Source of the DNA: Octopus vulgaris
Lineage: Eukaryota
Assembly (NCBI GenBank): GCA_951406725.2
Contig: OX597814.1
Span: 75,516,001-75,580,000, forward strand
DNA length: 64,000 nt
Direction of reading: 5' to 3'
Below, piece by piece: positions 28,501 to 40,222 of the stretch (the stretch's first letter is position 1; every line of letters begins with the position of its first letter). Position numbers and translations under genes: made by a program. The notes below the pieces were generated by a model. The model saw nothing but the letters and a program-made list of their open reading frames with translations. It made no database searches and had not been told where the DNA came from.

Positions 28501-30329
28501 CTACTAGCCTCCCAAGAGATGTTATTTTGAAGATGGTTCATCTCCTTAGCTGGCAGCCATTATTTAGATTAAAAAAGCTGCCAACAACTGATTTGTTTGT
28601 TATAATCTGCTTGTTAACATGTGAATATTTACTGATCACCTGACAGGATTTGAACACATTATATAAAGTCCTTTATTAATTTTCAGAGTGGACAAGATGC
28701 TTGTACATATATTTCCCAATGAAGAATAAGACATGATCTTTATAACTTTTCTATGAAAAAGTCATTGACAAAGTAGAAATTCATGACTCTTCAACTCAGA
28801 TTAATATATTGTCTTCTTAACTTTGTGACTCTTCAATGTGTGAACAAACATTAGGGAGTAAATCACAGCAAAAATAAATATACATACTCTGATGCAAAGA
28901 AAATATTGCAGTTGTAAATTCACCCACTTATTTAGTTGATAAAGAATGTGAAATTCATATAACCAATTTTGCAAAAGGAAGTTTTGTTTGTGGTTTATCT
29001 AATGTATCAATAAATGTGTAAATATACTGTAAATATAACCATTTCTTTTTTTTTTTTTTTTTTTTTGCAATGGATTATAAACAAGATAGGATATATTTCA
29101 GTTGAAGATTAGAATTAAAAATGGCAAAAAAGCATCTAATGCTGATTATAACTGGAACAATGTCAAAAGTGGTAAAGAAATAATATCCTCTGGTTTAAGA
29201 AAAGAACTACTTCAAATGAATAAGAATAAAAACAAAACTCAAAATAATGTATAGCTCTAGGCTGAGTTAGTTTCAAAAACCAAGAAACATATCTTATTTG
29301 GATAAAACAAATTTCAGGACTTTTTTTTTTTTATGAAGACTGAAGGCATAATAGTAGGACTGGCTTGCATATAATCTGAAAAACAATATTATTATATATT
29401 GAATTTTACAAAACTACATAATAACAATGTTTGAATGCTGACAGCTAAATATTAAATCATATGAAAGTGAAAGCAATATAGTATGCTTGTTTGAAAATAT
29501 TCAAAAGTATATAAAAAAAGAATTTAATGAAAAAAAAAGTAATAATAGTCTTAAATACTCTTTGTTCTGTTTAAATTAAAAATGGAAATTAAAAATTTTT
29601 TGGAGAAAGCCATGGATAAAATCAAGTTTCAAGATTTACACTGTTTAAATTAGTGACAACTAAGTGATTATCAAAGATATTTACACTAAAAATATTCAAA
29701 ATCAAGCAATCTCTCTTCTCAAACTGAAGTTGTCAGACTAGATGACAATTTTATTTTATTACAACCATTAGTATTACTGAAAAAAAAACTAAGGACAGAT
29801 GGCTAATGGTTTCATTGTCTCCTCCTTAATAGAGAATTTCTGCTAGTTTTCAGTTAAATGGTTGCACTTTATACATTGCAATGGATTTCTCTATCAATTT
29901 TAGGCTAATGTTTGCAATGAAGTATATAACAGTAAATGTCTCCTGATTTTAAGTTAATGGTTGCACTCTCTACAGAATAGTAACTTTCTACTATAAAGAA
30001 TAAATAGATGTTCATGATTTTTAAAGTGTCTTGCAGATACATAAAGTGAAAGTAGAAGACAATAAAATGTGAGTGCCTAGTGAGAATTGAACCAATGTCA
30101 TTGTTGGTGCCTCAATATGATTACCGCTACATCATAAACCATTTGTTAATACTCATTACTACATTTAATTCTTATGCCTCTCAATCAATATTTTTAAATA
30201 AGTAAGTAAAAGAATGTAGAATGTTGACCATTGCAAACACCTTGAAGTCAGTATGGCTGATGTATTAAAATAGCTATAGCATGATGCTTACAAGAAAAAC
30301 ACTGAAGGGGGGGGGGGGGGTCTAAGCAT

Positions 30330-31260
30330 TGCAGTTCTAGGATAGAAGGGCTGGGTGAAATATTTAGTTTAAGATCTGGAGGGTATGACAGAGTAAGGCT
30401 GGAGGTCAAATTAGATGGGTGGAACAGGTAATCCTGAATGAACAGAATTTGCAGTTAACTATTTCATAGAAGCAGTGGCCACTGTAGTAGTTGGAGAGAT
30501 AGGCAGGAGGGTAACAATGGATCTGCGAGCTAGTGATTGAAGTGTATTGGTGGGTAAAGCTTTGTCAATCAGTCAAATAAACTTCTTTTCAATATGGTCT
30601 ATAATGCTTGCATATGTAGCACAAACACTGTCCCACATAGGTAAGCCATACCTCAATGGGGGTTTTACTCAATGTTTGTAGAGAATTGCCAAATGATATC
30701 AATTTGGAAATGCTGTTATATGTTGGTCACCATAAGATATCAGAGGTTGTGAAAGCTAGCAATGGTGATGACTCAGAGGGTTTTATTTATGCATTATTCA
30801 TGACAAGACAAAGAGTAATGCAACAATGTTCACTTGATAAGTCTTGTGTTTGTATTGTTGAAAGACACTGATAAGATTGCCTGGGCCCTGATAAAGAATA
30901 AGTTTAGGTCACTCTGTGTTCATAAAAGCTTCTTTATGTCTGGTATAATGTGTTTAGGCTGTCTGTGTGAACAGAAGATTAAGAGAAGTGGAAATTAGTT
31001 CATCTACACGGAAGTATATACTGTTAGAAATAGGTAAGACATTAATGTACAATAAGACTGTGAGAGATGTTATTACCAAACACTGAAATGCACTCAAGTT
31101 GAGAAAGTATGGGATAGAGAGAGCCCTCTTAGCACATGCTGTCATGATACAATATAACAGATTTTTCAGATCAAGAATTGAGATAAATCGTAAATGGGCA
31201 ACTTAAATAAGAGATTTCACAACTGAAAGCTTTTTTTTATGTCCACTACAACAACTTATC
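30330..31260 (-). mobile_element. Heavily decayed CR1/L2-group LINE RT fragment (similar relic ~43000-43860)
   Basis: Minus-strand translation AILYKH*VKPPLRYGLPMWD resembles the LYK..VRP.LEY....W motif downstream of RT in CR1/L2/Jockey-group LINEs. Confidence 0.5.
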
Positions 31261-33238
31261 TGAGAGTAAGTGACCATAGATGAGTAATATTAAAGGATAT
31301 TTCATTGGTTAATTTGACTTTATGGAAGCCATGCTAATGGCCAATTAAGGAGATAGACAATTGTTATTTGACTCCAAGTTACTTCTAATGAGCAGATCTA
31401 TAACCAAAGGTGTTTTAGACATAACCATCCTATCTTATTTCAAGCATAAAGTATCAGGGGTCAAATTAACCTATGTATTTTTCTGTATCATAAAATGATA
31501 AGGGGTAATTTGGGGGAGATTAAGTTGCTATTTCTAAGCAGATAAGTGGTCACATAAAACATGTCTCATAAGAAAAAATTCTATCATTAGGACTTTAAAA
31601 TAATAAGAATTAAATTTGAGTTCTTTAAAAATTATACGCATGAAATAGTTGAAGGTTAATACTTTCAGTGAAAGATTAATGAGGAAAGGAATTCACAATC
31701 AAGTCCTGATTGCAGCCAATGAACATCAAATGGCAGAATCAAAACAAGGTTACATACATATGAGGATGGTACAGAAGTGGGCTAAAACTTGTACGTGTCA
31801 AACAATGAAATTTATTGGTTTCATGTTTGACTTCAGTTCAGAGTTATCTTCACATATTAACATAGATGGGATAGTTTTTTTCTTTTTTGTTCTTTGCAAA
31901 TTCAGACATTTATAGGATCATATAAATTTCTAATCATTCAACTATAAGATGGTGGGGGGGGGGTACCTGCCATCAGTAATGAGAAAGGAATCCTGAAGTT
32001 ATATCACTTCCTTTAGAAGATTTGTATAAACAACCATTTAATCAGTAGCTTTTTTACAGAATTCAATTTGCCAAATTGAATTGATGACCATATCATCACT
32101 ATGATATTAATAAAGTCAATATGAAAACAGCAGCGCTATGTCTGAAACACACTGTAAGAAACAAACAGTGCTGCATTTGATACATATCTTGCTTCACTTC
32201 TACGCATAGCAGGAGAAATATTCAACAGAAAACATTTAGCTTACATTGATCGGTATTTGATATATTTTCTATCACTAATTATTATAACTACCAATATTTA
32301 AAAGAAAACATGCTGAGATAACAATATGAGTATGAATATACTTTTAATGCTTTTGATTTTGTATATAACCTATATTTCTATTTCCTTTTACTTTATGTTA
32401 GAGTACTTTTTTTTATACAGCCCTTGGCTGCCATGATGTACATCCAAATAATCTGCAAAATATCAAACAATTTGGATTTTTGTAACATCCTAGTGGTTTC
32501 AAGGATATCAAAGTAAATACTTAAGCAATTAATCAAGCAAGAAAAAACATATGCATCTATTTTTTTGTTGGTTGGACTGTTGGATGAGATTAGGAATGAT
32601 AGTGTTGCTACAAAACAGGAGATAATCACTCAGAAATGAATGGAAAGAAAAAAAAGATCTATCAGCTGGTGGCTCAAACCAGATATACATCAGTATCTAG
32701 GGATTGAACCCATAATATACCTAGAACTTGAAAAACAAACCACATTTTCTTTATTTCAGGACACTGACACAAAAACAGTAATAATTATTAATCACATGCA
32801 AAGATATCCAAATCAAAACAAAACTGTAATCTGGATTATTAAATGGAAAAGCCAATAGAAATGTTAAAGAACAATTAAGTGACCAATAATTTACTAATAA
32901 TAATTATTTCCATTTATTAATAATGGTCATTTATAGTTGAGAGAATTTTATGCAGGCACAGCTGACTCGATTACACTCAGAACCTAATGGGGTGAATCTA
33001 ATATATTATAAAGTATTTGGAGGCAATCTGGTACTCCTCCATTGCCATCATTCTAGCCCTACCCTTTCATAATGGATGAAAGTATTTTGAACACCTGTTA
33101 TATATTTGCCACATATTGTTCTACGTGAGTTCATAGAGTGGCAGGGAAAGAACTGATGGAATGTCTCTTTTAAATCCTTTGACAAAGCCGACTGAGACAA
33201 GGTAAAAGAGGAAGAAAAGTTCCAGAACTTGACTAGTA

Positions 33239-33361
33239 TTAGGTTGAAGAAAAAGTTTTGTGTGCCATGTTAAAATAATGCGTTTTTAATATATTTTTGT
33301 GGTGTGTGTGTTCATTCAGTTCATTATTTTAACACGGCGCATGATCTTTTTCCTCAACCTA
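33239..33361. mobile_element. Mariner-type MITE (~120 bp)
   Basis: TA flanks; ~40-bp imperfect TIRs taggttgaagaaaaagttttgtgtgccatgttaaaataatg / cattattttaacacggcgcatgatctttttcctcaaccta. Confidence 0.75.
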
Positions 33362-35767
33362 TATTTTATTAAAACCAAAAGGATAAAAGAGACAGTTGAC
33401 CTCAACAGAATTTGAAACTTAATGGCAGAGAGCTAGAACAAATATCAGAAGGTATTATATTCAACTCTCAAACAACTTTGCTAAGTCACCACCTTGACTC
33501 TTCCTCATCATCATCAACAATTAACAGAGTTCAAATTTTGGCACAAGGCCAGAAATTTCGGCAGAGGGGAAAAGTTGATTACATCAACCCCAGTGAAATT
33601 TGAATTCAGAACATAAAGATGGACAAAATGTAACTAAGCGTTTTGCCCAGCGCATTAACAATTCTGACAACTTGCCACCTTAAATTATAATAAAAATAAT
33701 ACTATACAGTTCTGGTTTCTATTACGTATGAGCAGCTTTTGCTGCTACTGAGTACTGGTTAACCTTGTGTATGTGCATTTGTGAATGTGTATGCATGCAT
33801 ATGCACATCATGTATGAATCTTTTGCTAATAACTAGCTGACCAGCAATTCATCAAGATTCACCCACAAATAGGACCTAGCTAGTTATATTGGAGCGTAAT
33901 TTTTGAGGTTGTGGACAGTGAGGGTTTTAGCATCTTATTGACATAATTATTTAGTGAGAACTTTTTCTCAGTTTTTCTAATAGCTGTGTATGCACTTACT
34001 GCTTCAGTTCCTTCTGCTGCTTCATATTGCTATATGTCATTTCATATAGGCTGTTCTATTCAATCAACATGCCATACTGGCACTTCTGTGCCATCTGCTT
34101 CTTTTGTCAATGACTTGCATCGATGAACACACACACACAGGTGTGTGCACACATACATGCTTGCATTCACACACACACACACATCTCTGGAGTGATATCT
34201 CGGTTCTCACCAACCATTCTTGTTATCAACAGTACATTGGTGAAATATAAAGTAAATCGAGCATAAAGTGAAGCAAGAAAACAAGAGGAGAGGTGGCAAT
34301 GAAGAATGGTAATTAGAAGCTAGATGGTAGGGAAAGTTAGGGAAGAACTGAAACAGAACTGCACAATGAAAAAGAAAGCAAAACAAAAGGAGAAGCTTGC
34401 AGAGTTTAGGATTTAGATGTGACATTTATTTATGAAAGAAAACCATTGAACAACAATGCATAATATGTGGAAATAAATGCTGCCTGTGACCAAAAATTTG
34501 ATGAATAACCAGCAGAATGTAAAGCTCTATTAAAATAAACGATCTTTCTCAATAGGATTATCTATCAAATTGAATGAAGACCTTGGAGGAAAAAAATGTT
34601 AGAAGGGTGCAAAGAGAGATTAGACAAAAGATAGAGATAGGGAAAAAGAAAGATGGTGCAGAGATATCATGCAACAATAGATGTATAAACCAGAAATTAA
34701 TGTTTCTAGTGCTATTCTGGTTTGGAACATTTTATTCAGATTGATTTCAATTCTACATTAAAATAAGTGTTATTTCATTCCAGCTTATTTTAAACTCTTT
34801 TAGAGATTCCATCTTCAATTGCTAGTGTTATTGTCATTGTTTAGTAGGCCAGGGAAGCACATTTATAGCACAGATACAGGTTTTCAGATGTTAGTGCTGC
34901 CCAGATTTTTCAGCAAACTAAATGCTGTCATTTTAATGTGTTATTTGCTTTTGTGATTGTTACAGACCAACATGTCGTCAAGTCATGTTATAGTTGGTTA
35001 CCCAGCTTTTAGTCTATCAAAAGCTCTATGTGCTGATCATAACAGAAGCAAGCATAATGAACTAGACCAGTCAGTATATAGTAAAGAATTAAGAATAAAT
35101 AAATTATGTTGTAATGCCCTTTCCTATCTTCATTACAAAGAATTCTTACAACTCTTTTAACATATTCATTAAGCACGTAACTTGTTCACTTCTGATATAT
35201 TCAACCTAAATCATCCAAAGCAATTATGTCATCTTTATAAACATGTTTTCTTTAGAGCAGCAATTCTCCAATTTGGTCACAACATGAAACATTATTAATG
35301 AAAGGTTTTCAAGATGTTATTGAGATTATTGTCAGTTCTGTGAACTTTCCCCTGTTATTAATATTTGAAGTATTGTGTAACCTATTCTTCAAATGCAATA
35401 GAAGAAAAGACACAAGATGAAATGCAAAAGCTAAGGAACAGTGGACCCAAAATGTTCAAATATCTCAAACTTAGAATATTCAGAGTAAAACAATAGGACC
35501 AAAAATAAATATTGGTGGAACCTACAATGTTTGCATTTCAATATTTTAGTCTTGTTTCTGATCTGACTTAAGATAGATTACCAATTCCCAAGCTGAGTCA
35601 CTAGCAGCTTGTTTTAGCAAATAATTTGTTTTCATAGATGTCATAAAATTGTTATATTTCGGAATGGTCATATTGCCAGTTTAGCCAATAAAAACACACG
35701 CACTATATATTTGGTGTTATTTTGCTTCGGTGATATTTATTTTTTACATTAATCTTAATCTTATTTC

Positions 35768-35811
35768 GGCCAGAGTTCTTTCGTCACACTCCTGTGACCG
35801 CATCAGTGGTC
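35768..35811 (-). ncRNA. Minimal type I hammerhead-like motif, probably from a Penelope-like element terminal repeat (~35640-36036)
   Basis: Minus strand reads gacca-CTGATGcg-gtcaca ggag tgtgac-GAAA-gaac-TC-tggcc: 6-bp stem II, tiny near-palindromic stem III, imperfect stem I. The core deviates from CUGAUGA. Confidence 0.5.
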
Positions 35812-36036
35812 CTTTGTTTTCTTCTTTCGTATTTGTGTCTCTCCTTACTAACCGTCAGCCATTTTGTATTTCTATTGTATGTCTTCATTTGCGCATGCTT
35901 ATATCTCTATGTGCGTCTATGTTTATTTAGTGTGTGTGTGGGGGGATGCCTGTAATATTTGTATCTTCTGTTTATATACATTCATGTAATTTGTATTTTG
36001 TTTTTGTTGTTGTTGCTTTTGTTCTAATTTTGTTCA

Positions 36037-36278
36037 TGGATTTGGTTAAAAAGAGACGATGAGCGATGGCTAGAAGTATATTGAGTTCATCATAACCAGC
36101 TGATCTAGCAAGCGGGGCCTCATATCAGTGAGGGGGGCCGGTGCGCATTGATGCCGTCGAGAGGTAGGCTCCGAAACGGCACGCATTCTCTCCTGATGAC
36201 CCCATACACTTGCTAGCTTCCGATATACGGAGCTTTTAACTGGTAGCACTTGCATGTGCAAGTTGTTTGCAAGATATC
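36037..36278 (+). repeat. 5' copy of the terminal direct repeat (3' end of ORF plus 3' UTR)
   Basis: Matches 39774-40014 except for one extra G and two substitutions (ggctcc/ggcccc, ggcacgc/ggcgcgc). Confidence 0.97.
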
Positions 36279-36307
36279 TAAGACCTTGTGGTAGGTAACC
36301 ACTGACA

Positions 36308-36405
36308 AACCGGAAAGACGGTTAGGCATCTTGGAAAGACAAGAGGACTGCTCGGAAAGACCAGCGGACAATAGGAAAGACTATCGACACCAGGAAAGAC
36401 TGGCG
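36308..36405 (+). other. Array of five GAAAGA-loop hairpins in the retrotransposon 5' leader
   Basis: GGAAAGAC at 36312, 36333, 36354, 36374 and 36393, each closed by a different complementary stem. Confidence 0.8.
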
Positions 36406-36545
36406 GAGGCTACGGACTTACGATCCTCGCCTCTGTATTTTATTGTAACAGACATAACAGGAAAAGACAGCCCCATGATTGACCGAGAGGGGGAGTCGAG
36501 AATCAATCAAACCCAGTCAGCACGGAAACGACCTTTGAAACGAAC

Positions 36546-39500
36546 ATGATTATTCATTCGAACAGCGGACGAAATGCAAACAACTTTGGATGCAAGCTGT
36601 GCTATAGAACCTTTGCAACTGAGAGAGGCTTGAAGATACATCAGGGAAAGACTTGTGAGAAGAGGACAGAGCAGTGTGGATCGTCAGATCGTAAAACACG
36701 TGGCAAATCATCCCCGGACTCAAACCACAGCGGATCGATAAATGCTACAGCACAGAACTCTTCACGTGAAGAAACTACAAGTCATGAAACTGGTGCATCG
36801 GATAATACTCAGAGGAAACCGAGGGTTTTGTGGCCTGCTGCTAATGAGAAAGTGAAATATAAAGAGTTTGAAAACAAGGTTTGTCGGACTCTTTATAAAA
36901 TGACAGGCTCTACAGTGGAAAAACTGGGAAAATTATCAAGCTCAATATACGATGTAGCAAGAGATTTATTTGGAATAAAAGAGAATATCCGACTAGAGAA
37001 AGGAAAGTGTGGACCAAGCAGGAGGATCAGAAAAATGCAGCAGTTGAGGAAGGAAAAGTCCGACTTAAGAAAGAGATGGAGATGTGCTGCACTAGATGAG
37101 AAACCTGGCCTTGCGTTGCTGTATAACGATTTGAAGAGGAAATGTCGTTATGTGCAATGACATATTCGCCGATATGAGCGTCGAAAAGAAAGTAAAAGGA
37201 CTCGAGGGCAGTTTCTGAAGGACCCGTACGGGTTTACTAAGAAGCTGTTCACTGAGCCGAAGAGTGGTACTTTATCGTGCACTAAAGAAGAATTGGATGC
37301 TCATATCAAGGAAACCTACAGCGATCCGCACCGTAATCAGCCGCTGCCATCTCTACATGGGCTAAATCATCTCTCAGGACCTGATATCGAATTCCAGATT
37401 GGGGACATCAGGGAGAGAGAGGTGAATGACTTCGTAAGAAAAGCTAGAGCGAAGAGTGCCCCAGGAGGTGATGGCGTCTCATATAAAGTCTACAAATACT
37501 GCAATCGCCTGCGAAAGAAGCTCTTCGTCCTAATCCGACAACTGTGGCGCGAGGAGACTATAGTAGAGGATTGGTGTAAGGCAGAAGGTATATACCTGCC
37601 GAAAGAGGCCAATGCAAAGACCATAAAACAGTTTAGGCCGATATCCTTATTGAATGTGGAAGGCAAGATCTTTATGGGAATTCTGTCGAGGAGAACAGTG
37701 ACATATTTACAGAGTAACGGATATGTTGATGAATCTGTTCAAAAGGCCGGAATCCCCGGGATCCCTGGATGCGTTGAACACTGTTTTTCGATTTGGAAAG
37801 CGATTCAGGATGCCAAACAGAACAAGAAAAGTCTGAACGTGGTATGGCTCGACCTAGCTAACGCGTATGGTTCAGTGCCACACAAATTACTAATAACAGC
37901 CATGGACCACTTCCACATTCCTGATAAAGTGATCAAAATAATGAGGATGTACTATGAAAGTTTCGAAATGAGGTTTACAACTGGAAGTTTTACAACAAAT
38001 TGGCACCGATTGGAGGTTGGCATTGCTGCTGGCTGTACAATATCTGTCACGTGGTTTATCTTAGTCATGGAGTTGATTTTGAAAGGTGTAGATTTTTCGG
38101 AACAAATCGCCCATGTACAATCGCCTAAGAAAGCCTTCATGGATGACGTGACACTTCTAGCTACAGATAAACAAATCATGCAGAATGCCCTTTTGAGATT
38201 AGACGAACGTGTAAGGTGGTCAAGGATGCGATTTAGAGCAAAAAAGTCGCGTAGTCTGACATTTGTTAAGGGAGTGCAGAAAGAATTTAAATTTCGAATA
38301 TCGGAAGAAAGCATTCCAACAGTCAAGGAAGAGCCTGTCAAGAGCTTGGGACGAGTATACGCTGGAACATTGTCAGATAGAAGTCGTGGGATTGAAATTA
38401 TGAAACAGGCCGAGGCTGGGTTATCAGCGATTGATGTTTCGAAGTTACCAGGTAAATATAAAATTTGGTGCTTGCAGTTCGGCCTGTACCCGCGACTTGC
38501 GTGGCCACTTTTAATATACGAAGTAGCATTGTCACGAGTTGAAAAGATCGAACAAAAATGTAATGTGTTCATTAGAAAGTGGCTAGGTCTACCTCGTATG
38601 TTGAACAGCTCAGCTCTTTATCGTAAAAGAGGTTCGTTGCAGTTACCAATAGCATCAATAGTCGAAATATATAAGTTGGGGAAGATACGGACGGTCATGA
38701 TGCTGAGAGAATCGAAGGATATGGAAATCAGGCGTAACCCACCAGAGGTGAAAACAGCCAGGAAGTGGAAAGCAGAAGCAGAAACTGACAACATCTTGTC
38801 TTCTCTTACACACAGAGATATGGTGGGAGCAACGCAGAACCATCGGAAAGGATTTGGTTTTGGCGCGGATCAGTTCAGACCGTTTGCAAGCATGATGCCG
38901 TGTGAACGCAGATCTGTTGTTAGCAACAGCGTCAAAACAAGAGAAGCAGAGAGAAGAGAGCTTCATTTGATCCGATGTGTTCATCAAGGTCAGATGACGA
39001 GATGGGAAGAACATGTTGTTGAGAGGAAGATAAGTTGGGATGAGATGTGGAAGTGGACAACATCTCGGCTGAGTTTCCTGATTCGTTCATCTTATGATGT
39101 TTTGCCATCACCTACGAATCTAGTAAGATGGAACGTCTTAGAGAATGACGTCTGCAAATGTGGAAAAGTCGGTACACTAAAACATATTCTTTCCAACTGT
39201 TCGTTAGCATTGAACAGGTACACATGGAGGCACAACTTGGTCCTTAAGGTTATCTTCAATGCTATAAAGAATCAAATTCATCTCAACAACACTGAGGAAA
39301 AATCGTTAAAAGTACCATCAAGAGAGTTCATTACCTTCGTGCGACCAGGTCAGCAGATCCGTTTCAAGAAGAAGACCAAGAAACTTCCTGAGAAAAATGA
39401 AAAGTGGAACGACTATTGGGAGGTAACTGCAGATTTACCTGGGTGCCAGGTTTTCTTTCCCATCCCAGTTTCGAAAAAACCAGATATTTTGATGTGGTGT

Positions 39501-39821
39501 GAAAGAAAGAAAGTTTTAAATATAGTCGAGCTAACGGTTCCTCACGAAGATAATATGGACGCCGCTCGAGCTCGAAAATTAAACCGTTATGAAAACCTCC
39601 TCGAGGAATATGAAGACGCAGGCTGGAAAGCGGAACATTTTCCTATCGAAGTCGGATGTAGAGGGTTTGTAGGACACAGCGTGAGACGACTGTTGTTATC
39701 GTTAGGCCTAACTCATCGTAAAGTCAATACCACCATGACTGATATCCAATCTACAGTGGAGAAGGCTAGCCACTGGATTTGGTTAAAAAGAGACGATGAG
39801 CGATGGCTAGAAGTATATTGA
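36546..39821 (+). CDS. Retrotransposon polyprotein (ZnF-RT-CCHC-RLE), ~1090 codons, interrupted by one in-frame TGA at 37158-37160
   Basis: CKLCYRTFATERGLKIHQGKTC zinc finger; RT motifs SAPGGDG, FRPISLLN, WLDLANAYGSV, GIAAGCTIS, FMDD; CKCGKVGTLKHILSNC knuckle; RHN; KPDILMW...VELTVPHE nuclease. ORFs 36546 and 37293 are in the same frame and the interval after the TGA is open (HIRRYERRKES...). Confidence 0.92.
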
Positions 39822-39841
39822 GTTCATCATAACCAGCTGAT

Positions 39842-39952
39842 CTAGCAAGCGGGGCCTCATATCAGTGAGGGGGCCGGTGCGCATTGATGCCGTCGAGAGG
39901 TAGGCCCCGAAACGGCGCGCATTCTCTCCTGATGACCCCATACACTTGCTAG
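39842..39952 (+). ncRNA. Permuted hammerhead-like structured RNA in the 3' UTR (second copy 36105-36216)
   Basis: gccgTC-gagag...ggcccc-GAAA-cggc...ctctc-CTGATGA-cccc, enclosed by ctagcaag/cttgctag. Confidence 0.6.
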
Positions 39953-40101
39953 CTTCCGATATACGGAGCTTTTAACTGGTAGCACTTGCATGTGCAAGTT
40001 GTTTGCAAGATATCACCCATTATTATCATTACATATGCTTGTATGTATGTATAACAACAATATTAGTAATAATAATAATAAATCTAATCGAAAAAAAAAA
40101 A

Positions 40102-40138
<37 letters not shown>

Positions 40139-40143
40139 TATAC

Positions 40144-40198
<55 letters not shown>

Positions 40199-40222
40199 CA
40201 TATACATATATAGATATATATA
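40102..40222. repeat. (TA)n/(CA)n microsatellite
   Basis: Seen directly in the sequence. Confidence 0.95.

Larger units (their letters stand above)
36037..40014 (+). mobile_element. RLE-encoding non-LTR retrotransposon (Hero-like, R2 group), near-intact, flanked by ~240-bp direct repeats
   Basis: One long reading frame with an N-terminal zinc finger, RT, C-terminal CCHC knuckle and PD-(D/E)xK-type endonuclease. 36037-36278 is nearly identical to 39774-40014. No TSD or poly(A) seen. Confidence 0.9.

Noticed and set aside
28687-29040. Plus-strand terminal exon (ttttcAG, short ORF, AATAAA near 29009)
   Set aside because: Such signals are common in AT-rich DNA, and no linked upstream exon or homology was found.
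36308-36405. Regularly spaced GGAAAGAC repeats as a CRISPR-like array
   Set aside because: The repeat is 8 bp with 11-13-bp spacers that are the stem arms; the context is eukaryotic and there are no cas genes. Kept as a hairpin array instead.
37952-39014. Antisense ORFs of 206 and 119 aa
   Set aside because: Shadows of the RT frame with no recognisable motifs; the same applies to 50063-50719.
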